Below the pieces are notes generated by a model. That model ran no database searches. It was not told the DNA's origin and saw only the letters and a list, made by a program, of their open reading frames with translations. This document shows positions 20,205-32,980 of a stretch of DNA of 64,000 bases, one piece after another. Position numbers and translations under genes: made by a program. Numbering within the stretch: the stretch's first letter is position 1; every line of letters begins with the position of its first letter. The DNA lies in the NCBI GenBank assembly GCA_963770565.1, contig CAVYQE010000011.1, positions 640,001 through 704,000 of the forward strand, read 5' to 3'. The stretch comes from an uncultured Actinomycetota bacterium. Its GTDB lineage: Bacteria > Actinomycetota > Actinomycetes > JAFAQI01.

Positions 20205-22961
20205 TCACGCCGCGTTCGGCGCGGTCGGATGCCGGCGCCGGAGGACGGCACGGCGGATCTCGTCGGCGCCCCACACGATGAACGGGTACGGCGCGACGAT
20301 GGCCAGGTCGGTCAGAGGCAGCGCCGCCGTCCCGAAGGTCGAGTGCATGACCGGAAGGTAGACCAGGCCGAGCGCGAAGGCGATCGCGACGCCGACCCCG
20401 CCGAGGAGCGGGCGGTTGCTCAGTACGCCGACCGACCACAGTGAGGCGCGCTCGGTGCGAACCGCGAACGCGGTCCCGACCTGGCAGGCAACGACGCCGA
20501 GCCATGCCACCGTCGTCGCCCGGCGATAGGTGAGGTGCAGTGCGGAGCCGGTGCTGGTGGCCGCGCCGGGATGCCACCCGCCGTGACGCAGCACGAGGAA
20601 GAAGCCGAACATCGTCAGCGTGGCCGAGATCAAGCCCATGAAGCCCCAGGCCCGGACCAGGACGGCCCGGGTGATGACGTTCTCGCCGCGCGGACGGGGC
20701 GGGCGCTCCATCAGACCGGGCTCGGCCGGCTCACGACTGAGGGCGAGCGCAGGAAGGGTGTCGGTACCTAGGTCGATCGCGAGGACCTGCATGACGGTCA
20801 ACGGGATCGGCATCGCGCCGCCGGCGAGCGCGAAGGCGAGGAAGGGAACCACCTCGGGCACCGCGTGGGTGAAGATGTAGGTGATGAACTTCTGCACGTT
20901 GTTGTAGGCCCGCCGGCCGGCCTCGATCGCGCTCACGATGGTGGCGAAGTTGTCGTCGGTCAACACCATCGTTGCGGCTTCCCGCGCGACGTCGGTGCCG
21001 GAGGCTCCCATCGCGATTCCCACGTCCGCGCGCCGCAGCGCGGGCGCATCGTTCACGCCATCACCGGTCATGGCGACGACGTGACCGAGCGAACGCAGCG
21101 CGTCAGCGATCCGGAGCTTTGCCTCGGGCGAACTGCGCGCGAAGATGATCTCTTCCGGACCGCCCAGGGTGGCGTCGAGCTCGCTGTCGGTCATTGCTTC
21201 CAACTCGCGACCGGTGATCATCCGTCGCGCGCCGGTGCCGATCCCGACCCGCCGGGCGATCTCCGCCGCGGTCAGCGCATGGTCGCCGGTCACGACGTGG
21301 ATCCGGATGCCGGCTGCGTGGGCGCGCGCAACCGCGTCGGCGACCCCCTGTCGCGGCGGATCGAACATCGCCACCAGGCCCAGCAGCTCGAGGTTGATCT
21401 CCGCGTCCTGGCGGCCGATGTCCTCGGATCGGTCGATGGTGCGTTGCGCGATCGCGAGGACGCGGAGTCCTTGCCGGGCCCAGGCATCGACCTGGTGGTC
21501 GACGGCGTTGCGGTCGCTGGCGGTCAAACGGCGGATACCAGAACCGTCGTCGAGGTGGTTGCACAGCGGCAGCACGGTCTCGGGCGCACCCTTGGTATGC
21601 AGAACAAGCCGGCCCGAATCGTCGGCATCGAGCGTCGACATCCGGGCCAGCCGAACGTCGAAGGAAAAGCTCTGGCGGCGCTGCGCGTCACGCCGTACCG
21701 GAGCGAGCGGGACACCCGCCTGGGTAGCCAACTCCGCGATCGCGACCTCGGTCGGGTCGCCGACCGGCTTGCCGTTCTCACCGATTTGCACGGACGCGCA
21801 CCACGCGCCTGCAGCGGCGAGTTGCTGAACCAGGCGCGGCCACTCGGCCGGGAGCACGCCGCCCTCGAGGTCGAGCGAACCGGCCCCGGTCCACACGCCG
21901 ACCACTTGCATTCGGTTCTCGGTGAGGGTGCCGGTCTTGTCGGTGCAGATCACGCTCGTGGCACCGAGGGTCTCGACCGCCGACAGACGCTTGACGACCG
22001 CTCCGCGGCGGGCCAGGTCGCGGACGCCGACCGCGAGCGCCAGTGTGATCGTCGGCAGTAGGCCCTCTGGCACGTTGGCGACCAGCAGTCCGATCGAGAA
22101 GCTCAGCGCAGCGCCGAGGGTCAACCCCGCGGCGAGGCCGAGCGGCAGGAACGCAGTTGCCATGACGATGGCGACCGCGCCGATCAACAGGGCCACCCGC
22201 CGGACCTGCTGCTCGAGCGGCCCGATGTCGCGATCGACGCGGGCCGAGAGGGCCGCGATCCGGCCGAGTTCGGTGTGCATCCCGGTCGCCGTGACAACCG
22301 CGCGACCCGTACCCGACGTGCAACTGGTCCCGGTGAAGACGACGTCGGTCGCCTCGAGCAGCGGCACGTGTGGGTCTGCGTGACCGGCACTGCGGGTTAC
22401 CGGTTGCGACTCGCCGGTAAGGGTGGACATGTCGGCCTCGATCGCGCCGTCGACGAGGCGTCCGTCGGCGCTGATCCGTTCCCCTTCACCGATCAGTACG
22501 ACGTCACCGGGCACGAGGTCGCGGGCGTCGAGTTCCGTGACCATCCCGTCTCTCAGCGCTCTGGCTCGTGGTGGCAGGTAGGAAGCCAACGCCTCGACCG
22601 CACGTTCGGCCTGCATTTCTTGCGCGAACGCGAGGGCTGCGTTGATGAGAATCACGGCGACGATGGCGATGGCGAGCCGGGGAGTGCGGTTGATCAGTGA
22701 CAACGCTGCGGCCACCGCCAGCAGCAGCGCCAACGGGTGGGTGAACTGTGCGACCAACTCGGCCGGCCACTGCCTCGTCCGGCGCCGTGACAGTTCGTTC
22801 GCGCCGACCGCCAGTAGTCGGCGCTCCGCCTCGCGGGTCGACAGGCCGGCTCGCGATGTCCGGAGGTCGCGCAAGAGCGTGCTGAGCGGCTCGTGCGCGG
22901 CCTGGTCCGAGCTGAGCCCGGTGTGGATGCTCGCGAGCGGCGGTTGCGTGGTCGACGTCAC
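20205..22961 (-). CDS. Cation-transporting P-type ATPase (type II)
   Basis: [36 protein letters not shown]; GTG start after GGTGAGG. Confidence 0.95.
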   Translation of the reverse strand: MTSTTQPPLASIHTGLSSDQAAHEPLSTLLRDLRTSRAGLSTREAERRLLAVGANELSRRRTRQWPAELVAQFTHPLALLLAVAAALSLINRTPRLAIAIVAVILINAALAFAQEMQAERAVEALASYLPPRARALRDGMVTELDARDLVPGDVVLIGEGERISADGRLVDGAIEADMSTLTGESQPVTRSAGHADPHVPLLEATDVVFTGTSCTSGTGRAVVTATGMHTELGRIAALSARVDRDIGPLEQQVRRVALLIGAVAIVMATAFLPLGLAAGLTLGAALSFSIGLLVANVPEGLLPTITLALAVGVRDLARRGAVVKRLSAVETLGATSVICTDKTGTLTENRMQVVGVWTGAGSLDLEGGVLPAEWPRLVQQLAAAGAWCASVQIGENGKPVGDPTEVAIAELATQAGVPLAPVRRDAQRRQSFSFDVRLARMSTLDADDSGRLVLHTKGAPETVLPLCNHLDDGSGIRRLTASDRNAVDHQVDAWARQGLRVLAIAQRTIDRSEDIGRQDAEINLELLGLVAMFDPPRQGVADAVARAHAAGIRIHVVTGDHALTAAEIARRVGIGTGARRMITGRELEAMTDSELDATLGGPEEIIFARSSPEAKLRIADALRSLGHVVAMTGDGVNDAPALRRADVGIAMGASGTDVAREAATMVLTDDNFATIVSAIEAGRRAYNNVQKFITYIFTHAVPEVVPFLAFALAGGAMPIPLTVMQVLAIDLGTDTLPALALSREPAEPGLMERPPRPRGENVITRAVLVRAWGFMGLISATLTMFGFFLVLRHGGWHPGAATSTGSALHLTYRRATTVAWLGVVACQVGTAFAVRTERASLWSVGVLSNRPLLGGVGVAIAFALGLVYLPVMHSTFGTAALPLTDLAIVAPYPFIVWGADEIRRAVLRRRHPTAPNAA

Positions 22962-22965
22962 GGCC

Positions 22966-23823
22966 TCACCCGTGACCCGCTCGGTCTGGTCGGACCCGGC
23001 CACCGCCCGCAACCCGGGCCCGGCTCCCGTGGCGGGCGCGATCAAGGAGGTTGACGAAGGTGTAGTGGTGGCTCTGATAGAAGCTGATGATCGCCGGTAG
23101 AGCCTGCACGGTGGCGGGCTCACCGCCTTCGGGGTCGTGCATGAGGATGACCGGGTGGGTCTGGCTGACTCCGGCCTCGGCCCGGGACGTGATCCGGTCG
23201 ACCCAGGAGGCGGACGCCGACCCCTCTGCCTTCCAGTCCTCGGTGTCGACCGACCAGAGCCAGACGGCGAGGTGCCGCTCGGCGGCGAGCTTGAGCGTGG
23301 TGTGGTCATACGTGCCGAACGGCGGGCGCAGCAGGCAGGGCATGGCGCCGACGAGGTGCTTCTGCTTCTTGCTGGTGCGGTCGAGCTCGCGTTCCTGTTC
23401 GGCCTGGCCGAGGTCGGCGAGGTCGTGATGGTCCCAGGTGTGGTTGCCGAGCGCGTCGCCGTCGGCGTACTCCCGGCGAAGCAACGACCGCCCGGCGTCC
23501 ATCTGTTCGCCGATGTTGAAGAACGTCGCGGTCACGTGGTGGAGCTTGAGGATGACGAGAATCTCCTTCGTGCTCCTACCCGGGCCGTCGTCGAAGGTGA
23601 GCGCGACCGTCCGGCCGGAGCCGGGCGCGGTGTGGCGTACTCGTTTCGAGGCCGGGCAGGTGTTTGCTCGCCGGACGGTCGGCAGCCGGGGGTGGGCGGA
23701 ACCCACCGCCCGGCTTGGAACGACCGGCGCGACGAGGGCCACGAGCGCGAGGATCAGCAGCCAGGGCAGGCGCCCGGCCGGGCGGAACATGTTCGGCAGG
23801 CTCCGGAAGGTCGGCGAGGTCAT
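22966..23823 (-). CDS. Secreted polysaccharide deacetylase (NodB/CE4)
   Basis: TFDDGP, HTWDH, RPPFG, DTEDW, LMHD. Confidence 0.93.
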   Translation of the reverse strand: MTSPTFRSLPNMFRPAGRLPWLLILALVALVAPVVPSRAVGSAHPRLPTVRRANTCPASKRVRHTAPGSGRTVALTFDDGPGRSTKEILVILKLHHVTATFFNIGEQMDAGRSLLRREYADGDALGNHTWDHHDLADLGQAEQERELDRTSKKQKHLVGAMPCLLRPPFGTYDHTTLKLAAERHLAVWLWSVDTEDWKAEGSASASWVDRITSRAEAGVSQTHPVILMHDPEGGEPATVQALPAIISFYQSHHYTFVNLLDRARHGSRARVAGGGRVRPDRAGHG

Positions 23824-23843
23824 GGTCGGCTTTCGGGTCGGGG

Positions 23844-24693
23844 TCAGTAGATGACGACGGTGGTGCCGATCGGTGCGATGTCGTGCGCCCAGATCCAGTC
23901 GATTGCCTCGTTGCTGATACGTACACAACCATGTGACACCGGGTACGGCGGCACCGAGGAGTCACCGTGGATCGCGAAACCGCCGCTGAAGAACTTCGGT
24001 CGCCACAGCTGGCCGAGCGGGTCGGTCACGAGGCCGTCGACCTGGCGGTAACACGTGGAAGGTCCCGGTCGGGGTCTGCGCAACCGCGCTGACTCCGTTC
24101 TCGGTGTAGGTGTAGCCGCCGCCGGTCGAGGTGTTGAGAACGTGGGTCAGCGCGCCGTTGCGCACCACCATGACGAGATCAGCCTTGAGGTCGACCTCGA
24201 TCGCGTCGCCCTGTGTCGTGCGTGGCACGGGCAGGACTCCCTTGCTGAGCGCGCGCGCGGTGTGTGCCCCGACCACTCCGTCGCGAGTGAGGCCGGCCGC
24301 CTTCTGGAGCGCGTATACGGCCTGTTCCGTGCTGTCGCCGAAGTTGCCGTCCGGGCGCCCGAGCCAGTATCCGAGTGCGCTCAGCTGCTGTTGGAGCGCG
24401 AGGACCGCAGGCCCGGTGTCGCCCGGGCGGAGCTGCTGCGCTCGTTTGGTCGGGTGGTGGTGGTTCGCCGTCGGCGACCGGTGGGTCGCGCTCGGCGATG
24501 GTGTCGCGATCGACGGTGTAGGCCAGGGAGTCTGGCTGACGCCGCCGGGGCCCGCTGTCGGGCTCACGCTCGGCTGGTTCGCCGGGCCGGACGAATGGTC
24601 GGTCGCTTCCGCGCACCCGGCGATGGCGCTCGCGAGCACCACGAGCGCGAGCAGGGCGCCCGTGGACCGTCGGCGGAGAATGCCAGACGTCAT
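23844..24693 (-). pseudogene. L,D-transpeptidase lipoprotein with peptidoglycan-binding domain, frameshifted at ~24050
   Basis: Frame 1 has the lipobox IAGC, a PG-binding domain (DGNFG...DGVVG) and ends at TPTGTFHV. Frame 2 continues YRQVDG...FAIHG...SHGCVR. There is one extra base (GTG TTA C instead of GTG TAC). Confidence 0.8.
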
Positions 24694-25106
24694 GGGTCCC
24701 GACGCCTTCCGCGGCTGTCGGGAGGTCCGGGTGCTTCGGGACCGGGGGTGAGGTGAACCGCGGCTTCCTCCGCCGCGAGCCCGCCGGTGTCGCCATCCGC
24801 CAGGGTGGGATCGCCGTCGATGACGAGACGGCCGGCCGGCCGGCTCGACGTGACGCGGTCGGGATCGACCGGTCGATGGGTCATCGGGATGTCCGGCAGT
24901 TCCCTCTTCAGCCGAGCGGTGAGCGGTTCGGGGTGGGACTCCTCGTACTCGGTGGTGCCATAGTCGGTGACGGCCAATGGCGTATCGCGTGGGGAATCCT
25001 CGACGTCCTCAGCGACGAACGGTTCATCTGCGTCGGTCACCCAGCTGCCGAGGTCGGGGCCGTCGGTCCACGGCTCTTCGGGGTCCGAACGTTGGTCGGT
25101 TTGCAT
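24690..25106 (-). CDS. DUF5709-like acidic protein
   Basis: YGTT..E, RL.RELPD, AGRLV, GGLAAEEAAVH. Confidence 0.75.
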   Translation of the reverse strand: MQTDQRSDPEEPWTDGPDLGSWVTDADEPFVAEDVEDSPRDTPLAVTDYGTTEYEESHPEPLTARLKRELPDIPMTHRPVDPDRVTSSRPAGRLVIDGDPTLADGDTGGLAAEEAAVHLTPGPEAPGPPDSRGRRRDP

Positions 25107-25156
25107 GGGGACTCCTTCCATCAATTCCCACCATGGACCGAGCAATGACCGCAAGA

Positions 25157-25174
25157 TAGGGACCTTTGGCCCGC
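25157..25174. promoter_or_regulatory. DosR/DevR-type box
   Basis: GGGACCTTTGGCCC (25159-25172) in the divergent intergenic region. Confidence 0.7.
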
Positions 25175-25279
25175 GCTGCGCAGCCAGAGGCCCCTCGCCG
25201 GAAATTGCCCCGCCGTGACCCTGACCAGCACGCATGCCTCAGCGGCGACTCTGCGCGCGGCGGTGGGCACCGAGGAATC

Positions 25280-25294
25280 CGGACCTAAGACCCT
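25280..25294. promoter_or_regulatory. DosR/DevR-type box upstream of the V-ATPase operon
   Basis: CGGACCTAAGACCCT (minus strand AGGGTCTTAGGTCCG). Confidence 0.55.
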
Positions 25295-25355
25295 GTCTCG
25301 AGGGCCCGGGTTAGGCAACGGTGTAGCAAGGTGGACAGAACAGGAGAACTGCTTC

Positions 25356-25805
25356 ATGCCGCGCGTGCCCGACCTGCTGCACCGCTTCCTGCCGGCCGGC
25401 GCGCCGGGAGCGGCCGGCGCGGCCGCGGTACCCATCGACCGGGTCGCGGTGGAGACCGCCGAGCTCGCGCAGTTGTTCGCCGAGCTTGCCGCGACCGAGT
25501 CCGAGTGCGATGCCATCATCAGCCATGCCCGCGATGAGGCGGCCGCAGCCGTCCGAGACGCGGCAGGTCGGGCCAATGAGATCGCTGAAACAGCAGACCA
25601 ACGCACTGCGGCCGAGCTGGCCGAGGCGATCGGACGGGCGCGAGCGGGGCTGCGGACCGACGCGGCCGATCAACTGGCTGCAGCCCACGCGCAGGCCGCC
25701 GAGCTACGCGACCATGCGAGCGCACAGATCCCGGAGTACGTGACTCGTGCCGTGGGGGCGGTGGTCGACCTGATCCACGCGGCCGGCCCGGCAGGTACGC
25801 CGTGA
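25356..25805 (+). CDS. V/A-type ATPase peripheral stalk subunit G/H-like coiled-coil protein
   Basis: AGGAG RBS; Ala/Glu/Arg coiled coil; first gene of the operon. Confidence 0.65.
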   Translation: MPRVPDLLHRFLPAGAPGAAGAAAVPIDRVAVETAELAQLFAELAATESECDAIISHARDEAAAAVRDAAGRANEIAETADQRTAAELAEAIGRARAGLRTDAADQLAAAHAQAAELRDHASAQIPEYVTRAVGAVVDLIHAAGPAGTP

Positions 25806-26711
25806 GCACTGCCTGGGTCGCCGTCGGTGTGCGCTCCACGGCCATGAAGCGGCGGCGTATCGGCCGGGAAGCGGTCCGCCGGCTGGCCGCCGTTGGATCA
25901 CTGGGCGAAGCGCTGGCAGCGCTGGCCTCCGGGCCGTACGGGCACGAGGTGCGCACCGGCCAGTCCCTTGCCGAGGCCCAGCGCGCGGTCGTCGCAAGCA
26001 TGGTGTGGAACCTGCGGGTGCTGGCCGGTTGGGCACCGCGGTCCGGCGTGCTGATGCTGCGAGCGTTCGCGGCCACGGTCGAGATTGCCAACGTCGACGA
26101 CCACCTGCGGTCGCTCGCCGGCGCTCTGACGCCCCCGCCGTACGTGCTGGGAGCGCTGTCTACGGCGTGGCCGCGGTTGGCGAGCACCTCAACCACGGCT
26201 GATCTGCGGGGTGCCCTGGCGACCTCGCGCTGGGGCGATCCGGGCAGCGACGATCCGCATGACATCGCGGTGTATCTGCGACTGTCGCTCGCCGGGCGGA
26301 TCCGTACCGATATCCCGCAGGCCAGGGCCTGGGCGGCCGGAGCGGCGGCTCTCGTGCTGGCCCGCGAGGTGGCCTTTCACCGCACTCCATTACCCGATCG
26401 CGCTCGGCGGATAGCGTCGCGAACCGTCGGTCCGACCGCGGCCGCGGCGAGAGCGCTGCCCGAGCTGGCCGCCCACCTGCCGGTCGACGCCCGCTGGGCA
26501 CTCGCCGACCTGGACGCACCGGCGGACCTCTGGCGAGCCGAGCTCGCGTGGTGGCAGCGGGTCGACCGCGATGCGAACACGTTGGGAAGAGCCGGTGTGA
26601 CGGTCTCGGACGTGCTGCTCGGCGCCACGACGATGTTGGCGGTCGACGCCTGGCGGGTGCGGGCGGCGCTCGAGGTTGCGGCACGCGGCAACGGCCGGCC
26701 GGAGGACTTCG

Positions 26712-26725
<14 letters not shown>
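25802..26725 (+). CDS. V/A-type ATPase subunit C (d)-like
   Basis: Operon position and size; L...PYG and EIAN features; divergent sequence. Confidence 0.65.
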
Positions 26726-28751
<2,026 letters not shown>

Positions 28752-28755
<4 letters not shown>

Positions 28756-29258
28756 CCACGGAGACCGCGGTCGCGCTCGAGCCGCTGCGTGCGGCGCTGC
28801 TCCGGCGCGCCCGCGAAGCCGCCGCCGACCTGCGGGCCGACGCCGAACGACAGGCTCGCGCGATCGTGGACGCGGCCGAGCAGCAGGCGGCGGCGCGACT
28901 GGCTCAGGTCCGCTCGGAGGGCGAGGCGGTCGCCGCGCAGCTGGAGGCACAGGAGCGCGGCCGATCGCACCAGGCGGCGCGCGGGGTCGTCCTCGCCGCC
29001 CAGCGGGCGGTCTATGACGACGTACGTTCGCAGACCCGGGACCGGGTGCGGGAGCTGCTCGCCGACCCCGAGCGGTATCAAGAGTTGGCCGAGACGCTTC
29101 GCCGCGAACTCGGCCAGGACGCGGCCATCAGCGAGCACCCCGGCGGAGGAGTGCTCGCGGAGGCGCCGGACGGGCGCCGGATCGATGCGTCCGTCGACGT
29201 ACTCGTCGACCGTGCGCTGAGCAACCTCGCACTGGAGCAACTGTGGTCGTCCCGGTAG
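28752..29258 (+). CDS. V/A-type ATPase subunit E
   Basis: Coiled-coil N-terminus; GGVLAEAPDGRRIDAS. Confidence 0.8.
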
Positions 29259-30967
29259 CCGGACAGGTGCTCCGGGTCAGCGGCCCGCTGGTGGAGGTCA
29301 CCGGGCTCGACGGCGTCGCGATGTCGGAGTTGGTGGGGCTCGGTCATGACGAGCTGCCCGGCGAGGTGGTGGCGATCCGTGACGGCGTTGTCTCGGTCCA
29401 GGCCTATGAATACACCGGCGGAGTAGCCGCGGGAGATCCGGTGGTCGTCCTTGGTCAGCCGCTGTCGGCTCAACTCGGGCCGCACCTGCTCGGTGGCGTC
29501 TTCGACGGGCTGCTGCGTCCGCTCTCGACTGCATCGGTGTGGCTCACGGCCGGTGCGGCGCACGATGCCGACCGAGCTGAGTGGACCTGGCAGCCCGTCG
29601 TCGATGACGGCGACCTGATCGGCGCGGGCGGAATGCTCGGGACGGTGCCCGCTGCCGGCGGCGTCGACTACCGCGTGCTGACCGCGCCAGGCGTCGCCGG
29701 CCGGATCGAGGGGCTCGCACCGGCGGGGACCTACCCGGCCGATCATCAGGTGGCGGTGGTCGGCGGCACCAGTGTCACGATGAGCCAGCGGTGGCCGGTT
29801 CGCCGGCCCCGACCGGTGCATGAGCGGCTCTCACCATCGGACCCGTTGATCACCGGTCAGCGCGTCCTCGACGCGGTGTTCCCGGTGACCCAGGGCAGCA
29901 GCGCCGCGGTCCCGGGCGGCTTCGGCACCGGAAAAACGATGCTGCTCCAGCAGATCGCCAAGTGGTGCGACGCCGATGTCATCGTCTATGTCGGTTGCGG
30001 CGAGCGCGGCAACGAGATGGCCGACATCCTCGCCGAGCTGGGCAAGCTGGCCGACCCGCGCACCGGCCGGCGGCTCGCCGAGCGGACCGTGATCATCGCG
30101 AACACCTCGAACATGCCGATGATGGCTCGGGAGGCCAGCATCTACACCGGTGTCACGGTCGCCGAGCACTTCCGCGACATGGGCTACCACGCCGTTGTCA
30201 TCGCGGACTCGACGTCCCGCTGGGCCGAGGCGTTGCGGGAGTTCTCGTCCCGGTCGGGCGCACTGCCGGCCGAGGAGGGCTACCCGGCCTCGCTCGCGAC
30301 CGCGCTGGCCGCCTTCTATGAACGCGCCGGTCGGGTCGTGACGCTCGGTGGCGCCACCGCCTCGGTCACGATCATCGGCGCGGTCTCCCCACCCGGTGGC
30401 GACACCACCGAACCGGTGACCGCCCAGACCGAGCGCTTCGTCCGGGCGCTGTGGAGTCTCGATCGAGATCTCGCCTACGCGCGCCACCACCCGGCAGTCG
30501 GCTGGGCCGGTTCCTTCTCCCGCGACGCCGACTCGCTTGCATCCTGGTACGCCGGTAACGGCGATCCGGGGTGGGGGACCCGCCGGGCCCGGTTGATCAC
30601 CCTGCTCGCGGAGGCCGACCGCCTCGGTGAGCTTGCCGAACTCGTCGGAAGCGGTTCGCTGCCGGGCCACGGGCGAGTCATACTCCTGGCCGGCCGGCTG
30701 TTGCGCGAGGGGGTGCTGCAGCAGAGCTCGCTATCGGCGAACGACGCGCACTGCTCGGCGGTGAAGACCGCGGCGCTCGTGGACGCCGTACTCGATGTCG
30801 TCGACCGCTGCGACGCGTACGTCGAAGGAGGAGGGTCGGCCAGCGAGATCGAACAAGTCGACTTCACCGCTTTGCTGCGCGCCGCGGAGGAGACGCCGCC
30901 GGACGACCAGGCCGGGATCGCCGCGCGCCGCCAACAGGTGCTTGACACGCTGGCGGCATTGCGATGA
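29243..30967 (+). CDS. V/A-type ATPase catalytic subunit A
   Basis: WPVRRPRP, GGFGTGKT, GCGERGNE, NTSNMP, DSTSRWAEALRE, PAEEGYP, SPPGGD. Confidence 0.97.
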   Translation: MVVPVAGQVLRVSGPLVEVTGLDGVAMSELVGLGHDELPGEVVAIRDGVVSVQAYEYTGGVAAGDPVVVLGQPLSAQLGPHLLGGVFDGLLRPLSTASVWLTAGAAHDADRAEWTWQPVVDDGDLIGAGGMLGTVPAAGGVDYRVLTAPGVAGRIEGLAPAGTYPADHQVAVVGGTSVTMSQRWPVRRPRPVHERLSPSDPLITGQRVLDAVFPVTQGSSAAVPGGFGTGKTMLLQQIAKWCDADVIVYVGCGERGNEMADILAELGKLADPRTGRRLAERTVIIANTSNMPMMAREASIYTGVTVAEHFRDMGYHAVVIADSTSRWAEALREFSSRSGALPAEEGYPASLATALAAFYERAGRVVTLGGATASVTIIGAVSPPGGDTTEPVTAQTERFVRALWSLDRDLAYARHHPAVGWAGSFSRDADSLASWYAGNGDPGWGTRRARLITLLAEADRLGELAELVGSGSLPGHGRVILLAGRLLREGVLQQSSLSANDAHCSAVKTAALVDAVLDVVDRCDAYVEGGGSASEIEQVDFTALLRAAEETPPDDQAGIAARRQQVLDTLAALR

Positions 30968-32367
30968 CCGGGAGTGGGCGCCGGTTCGAGGTCGACTACG
31001 GCGGTGTGCGCGAGCTTCGTGGGCCGCTGCTGATCCTGCAAGGCGTGTCCGGGGTGGGCTGGGACGAGTTCGCCGTGATCCGGATCGAGTCCGACGTCGA
31101 TCCCGCGCCGGAACGGCACGGGCTGGTGCTCGAGGTCGACCGGGACCTCGCCGTGATTCAGGTGCTCGAGGGCACCGAGGGTTTGGTGCCGGCGACGACT
31201 CGGGTGGCGTTCTCCGGCGCGCCGTTGCGGGTGCCGGTCGGACCGGGCTGGCTCGGGCGGGTCTGCAACGGCCGAGGCGAGCCGATCGACGGCGGTCCGC
31301 CGATCTCGAGCGCGATCACCGCAGCGGTTGCCGGCGATCCGCTGAACCCGACCCACCGGGACCCGCCGGCCGAGCCGGTGCTGACCGGCATCTCGGCGAT
31401 CGACGCCCTCACCACGTTGGTGCGCGGGCAGAAGCTGCCGATCTTCTCGGTGGCGGGCCTGCCGCACCTGGAGCTGGCTGCGCAGATCGCGGCGCAGTCG
31501 ACCGCCGGCGACGAGCCGTTCAGCGTGGTCTTCGCAGCGATGGGACTGACCCATGCCGACGCGGACGCGGTGCGCGGGTCCCTCCAGGAGCGTTCCGCGG
31601 CCGGAGAGCTGGTCCTGCTGCTCAACACCGCGGACGATCCGGTGATCGAGCGGATCCTGACACCGCGGATTGCCTTGACCGTCGCCGAGCATCTCGCGTT
31701 CGAACTGCACCGCCATGTGCTCGTCGTGCTGGCCGACATGACCAGCTATGCCGAGGCGTTGCGCGAGGTGTCGGCGGCGCGTGGTGAGCTGCCGGGCCGG
31801 CGTGCGTACCCGGGCTATCTGTACAGCGACCTCGCCTCGCTGTACGAGCGCTGCGGGCGGATCCGGGACACGGTCGGGTCGGTGACGGTACTGCCGGTGC
31901 TGACGATGCCGGCCGGCGACATCACCCATCCGGTGCCCGATCTCACCGGATACATCACCGAGGGCCAGATCGTGCTCGCGCCGGACGCCCATGCGCGCGG
32001 GGTCTACCCGCCGATCGACCCGTTGTCATCGCTGTCGCGGTTGATGCGCAGCGGTGCCGGTCCCGGGCGCACCCGCGAAGACCATCTCGAGTTGGCCGCG
32101 CAGTTGCTCGCTGCGCTGGCTCGAGCCCGACAGGTCCAGGAGCTTGCGGAGATCATCGGGATCTCCGCGCTCAGCAGCGCCGACCAGCCCTACCTGGACT
32201 TCGCCACCCAGTTCGAGCAGTTGCTCGTCAACCAGCGTCGCGGTGAGAAGCGCTCGATGGAGGAGACGCTCGACCGATGCTGGGACGCGGTCAACGTCCT
32301 GCCGACCCGCGAGCTCACCATGCTTTCGAGCCGGTTCCTCGAGGCCCATCCTCGAGCGGAGGCATGA
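30964..32367 (+). CDS. V/A-type ATPase subunit B
   Basis: RGQKLPIFS, DMTSYAEALREVS, PGRRAYPGYLYSDL, THPVPDLTGYITEGQ. Confidence 0.97.
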   Translation: MTGSGRRFEVDYGGVRELRGPLLILQGVSGVGWDEFAVIRIESDVDPAPERHGLVLEVDRDLAVIQVLEGTEGLVPATTRVAFSGAPLRVPVGPGWLGRVCNGRGEPIDGGPPISSAITAAVAGDPLNPTHRDPPAEPVLTGISAIDALTTLVRGQKLPIFSVAGLPHLELAAQIAAQSTAGDEPFSVVFAAMGLTHADADAVRGSLQERSAAGELVLLLNTADDPVIERILTPRIALTVAEHLAFELHRHVLVVLADMTSYAEALREVSAARGELPGRRAYPGYLYSDLASLYERCGRIRDTVGSVTVLPVLTMPAGDITHPVPDLTGYITEGQIVLAPDAHARGVYPPIDPLSSLSRLMRSGAGPGRTREDHLELAAQLLAALARARQVQELAEIIGISALSSADQPYLDFATQFEQLLVNQRRGEKRSMEETLDRCWDAVNVLPTRELTMLSSRFLEAHPRAEA

Positions 32368-32371
32368 GCCG

Positions 32372-32980
32372 ATGCCCGTCGCCAGGAGGATTCCACCGGG
32401 TCGGGCCGGGCGGATGTGGTTGCGCGGCCGGCTGGACACCGCGACTCGCGGGCGTGACCAGCTGGACCGCAAGCTCCGCATCCTGATCTCGGAGCAGGAG
32501 CGCCTGCAGGCCCGCGCGCAGGAGCGCCAGCAGGCGTGGACCAGTTCGTGCGCCGAGGCGCAGACCTGGTTGCTGCGCGTGACGCTCCTCGGCGGGCAGG
32601 ATGCGGTACGCAATGCGACTCCGCTCGAACCGGCGCAGGTGCAGCTGTCCTGGGCGTCCACGATGGGACTGAGGTATCCGGACGATGCCGACCTCTCCGA
32701 TGGCCCGGCGCGGTCGGTCTCGGGCAACTCGGCAATCGTTCCGGCGGTCGCCGCTTTCGGCGCCGCACTTCTGGCCGCAGCCCAGGTAGCGGTCGCCCAG
32801 GAGGCCTTGCGCCTGGTCGAGGCCGAGGTCGCGGTGACCCGCCGCCGGTTGCGAGCGCTGGACAAGCGGTGGTTGCCCTGGCTACGAGCGCAGCTCGCGT
32901 CCCTGGAGCTGACCCTCGATCAGGCCGAGCAGGAGGACGGGATGCGATTGCGCCGCGCGATTGACAGCTCGCCCGGCTAG
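32372..32980 (+). CDS. V/A-type ATPase subunit D
   Basis: RGRDQLDRK, TRRRLRAL...LP, LDQAEQED. Confidence 0.88.
   Translation: MPVARRIPPGRAGRMWLRGRLDTATRGRDQLDRKLRILISEQERLQARAQERQQAWTSSCAEAQTWLLRVTLLGGQDAVRNATPLEPAQVQLSWASTMGLRYPDDADLSDGPARSVSGNSAIVPAVAAFGAALLAAAQVAVAQEALRLVEAEVAVTRRRLRALDKRWLPWLRAQLASLELTLDQAEQEDGMRLRRAIDSSPG

Noticed and set aside
20205-23309. Extended ORF-track starts (1034-aa P-ATPase; 783-aa 39204-41555; 529-aa 26948-28537; 436-aa 18827-20137; 439-aa 45601-46920)
   Set aside because: The N-terminal extensions overlap upstream genes in other frames; downstream starts with an RBS or stop/start coupling fit better.
18285-24693. Programmed ribosomal frameshifting at ~18535 and ~24050
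   Set aside because: No canonical slippery heptamer or stimulatory structure is evident; simple indels or sequencing errors are more parsimonious.
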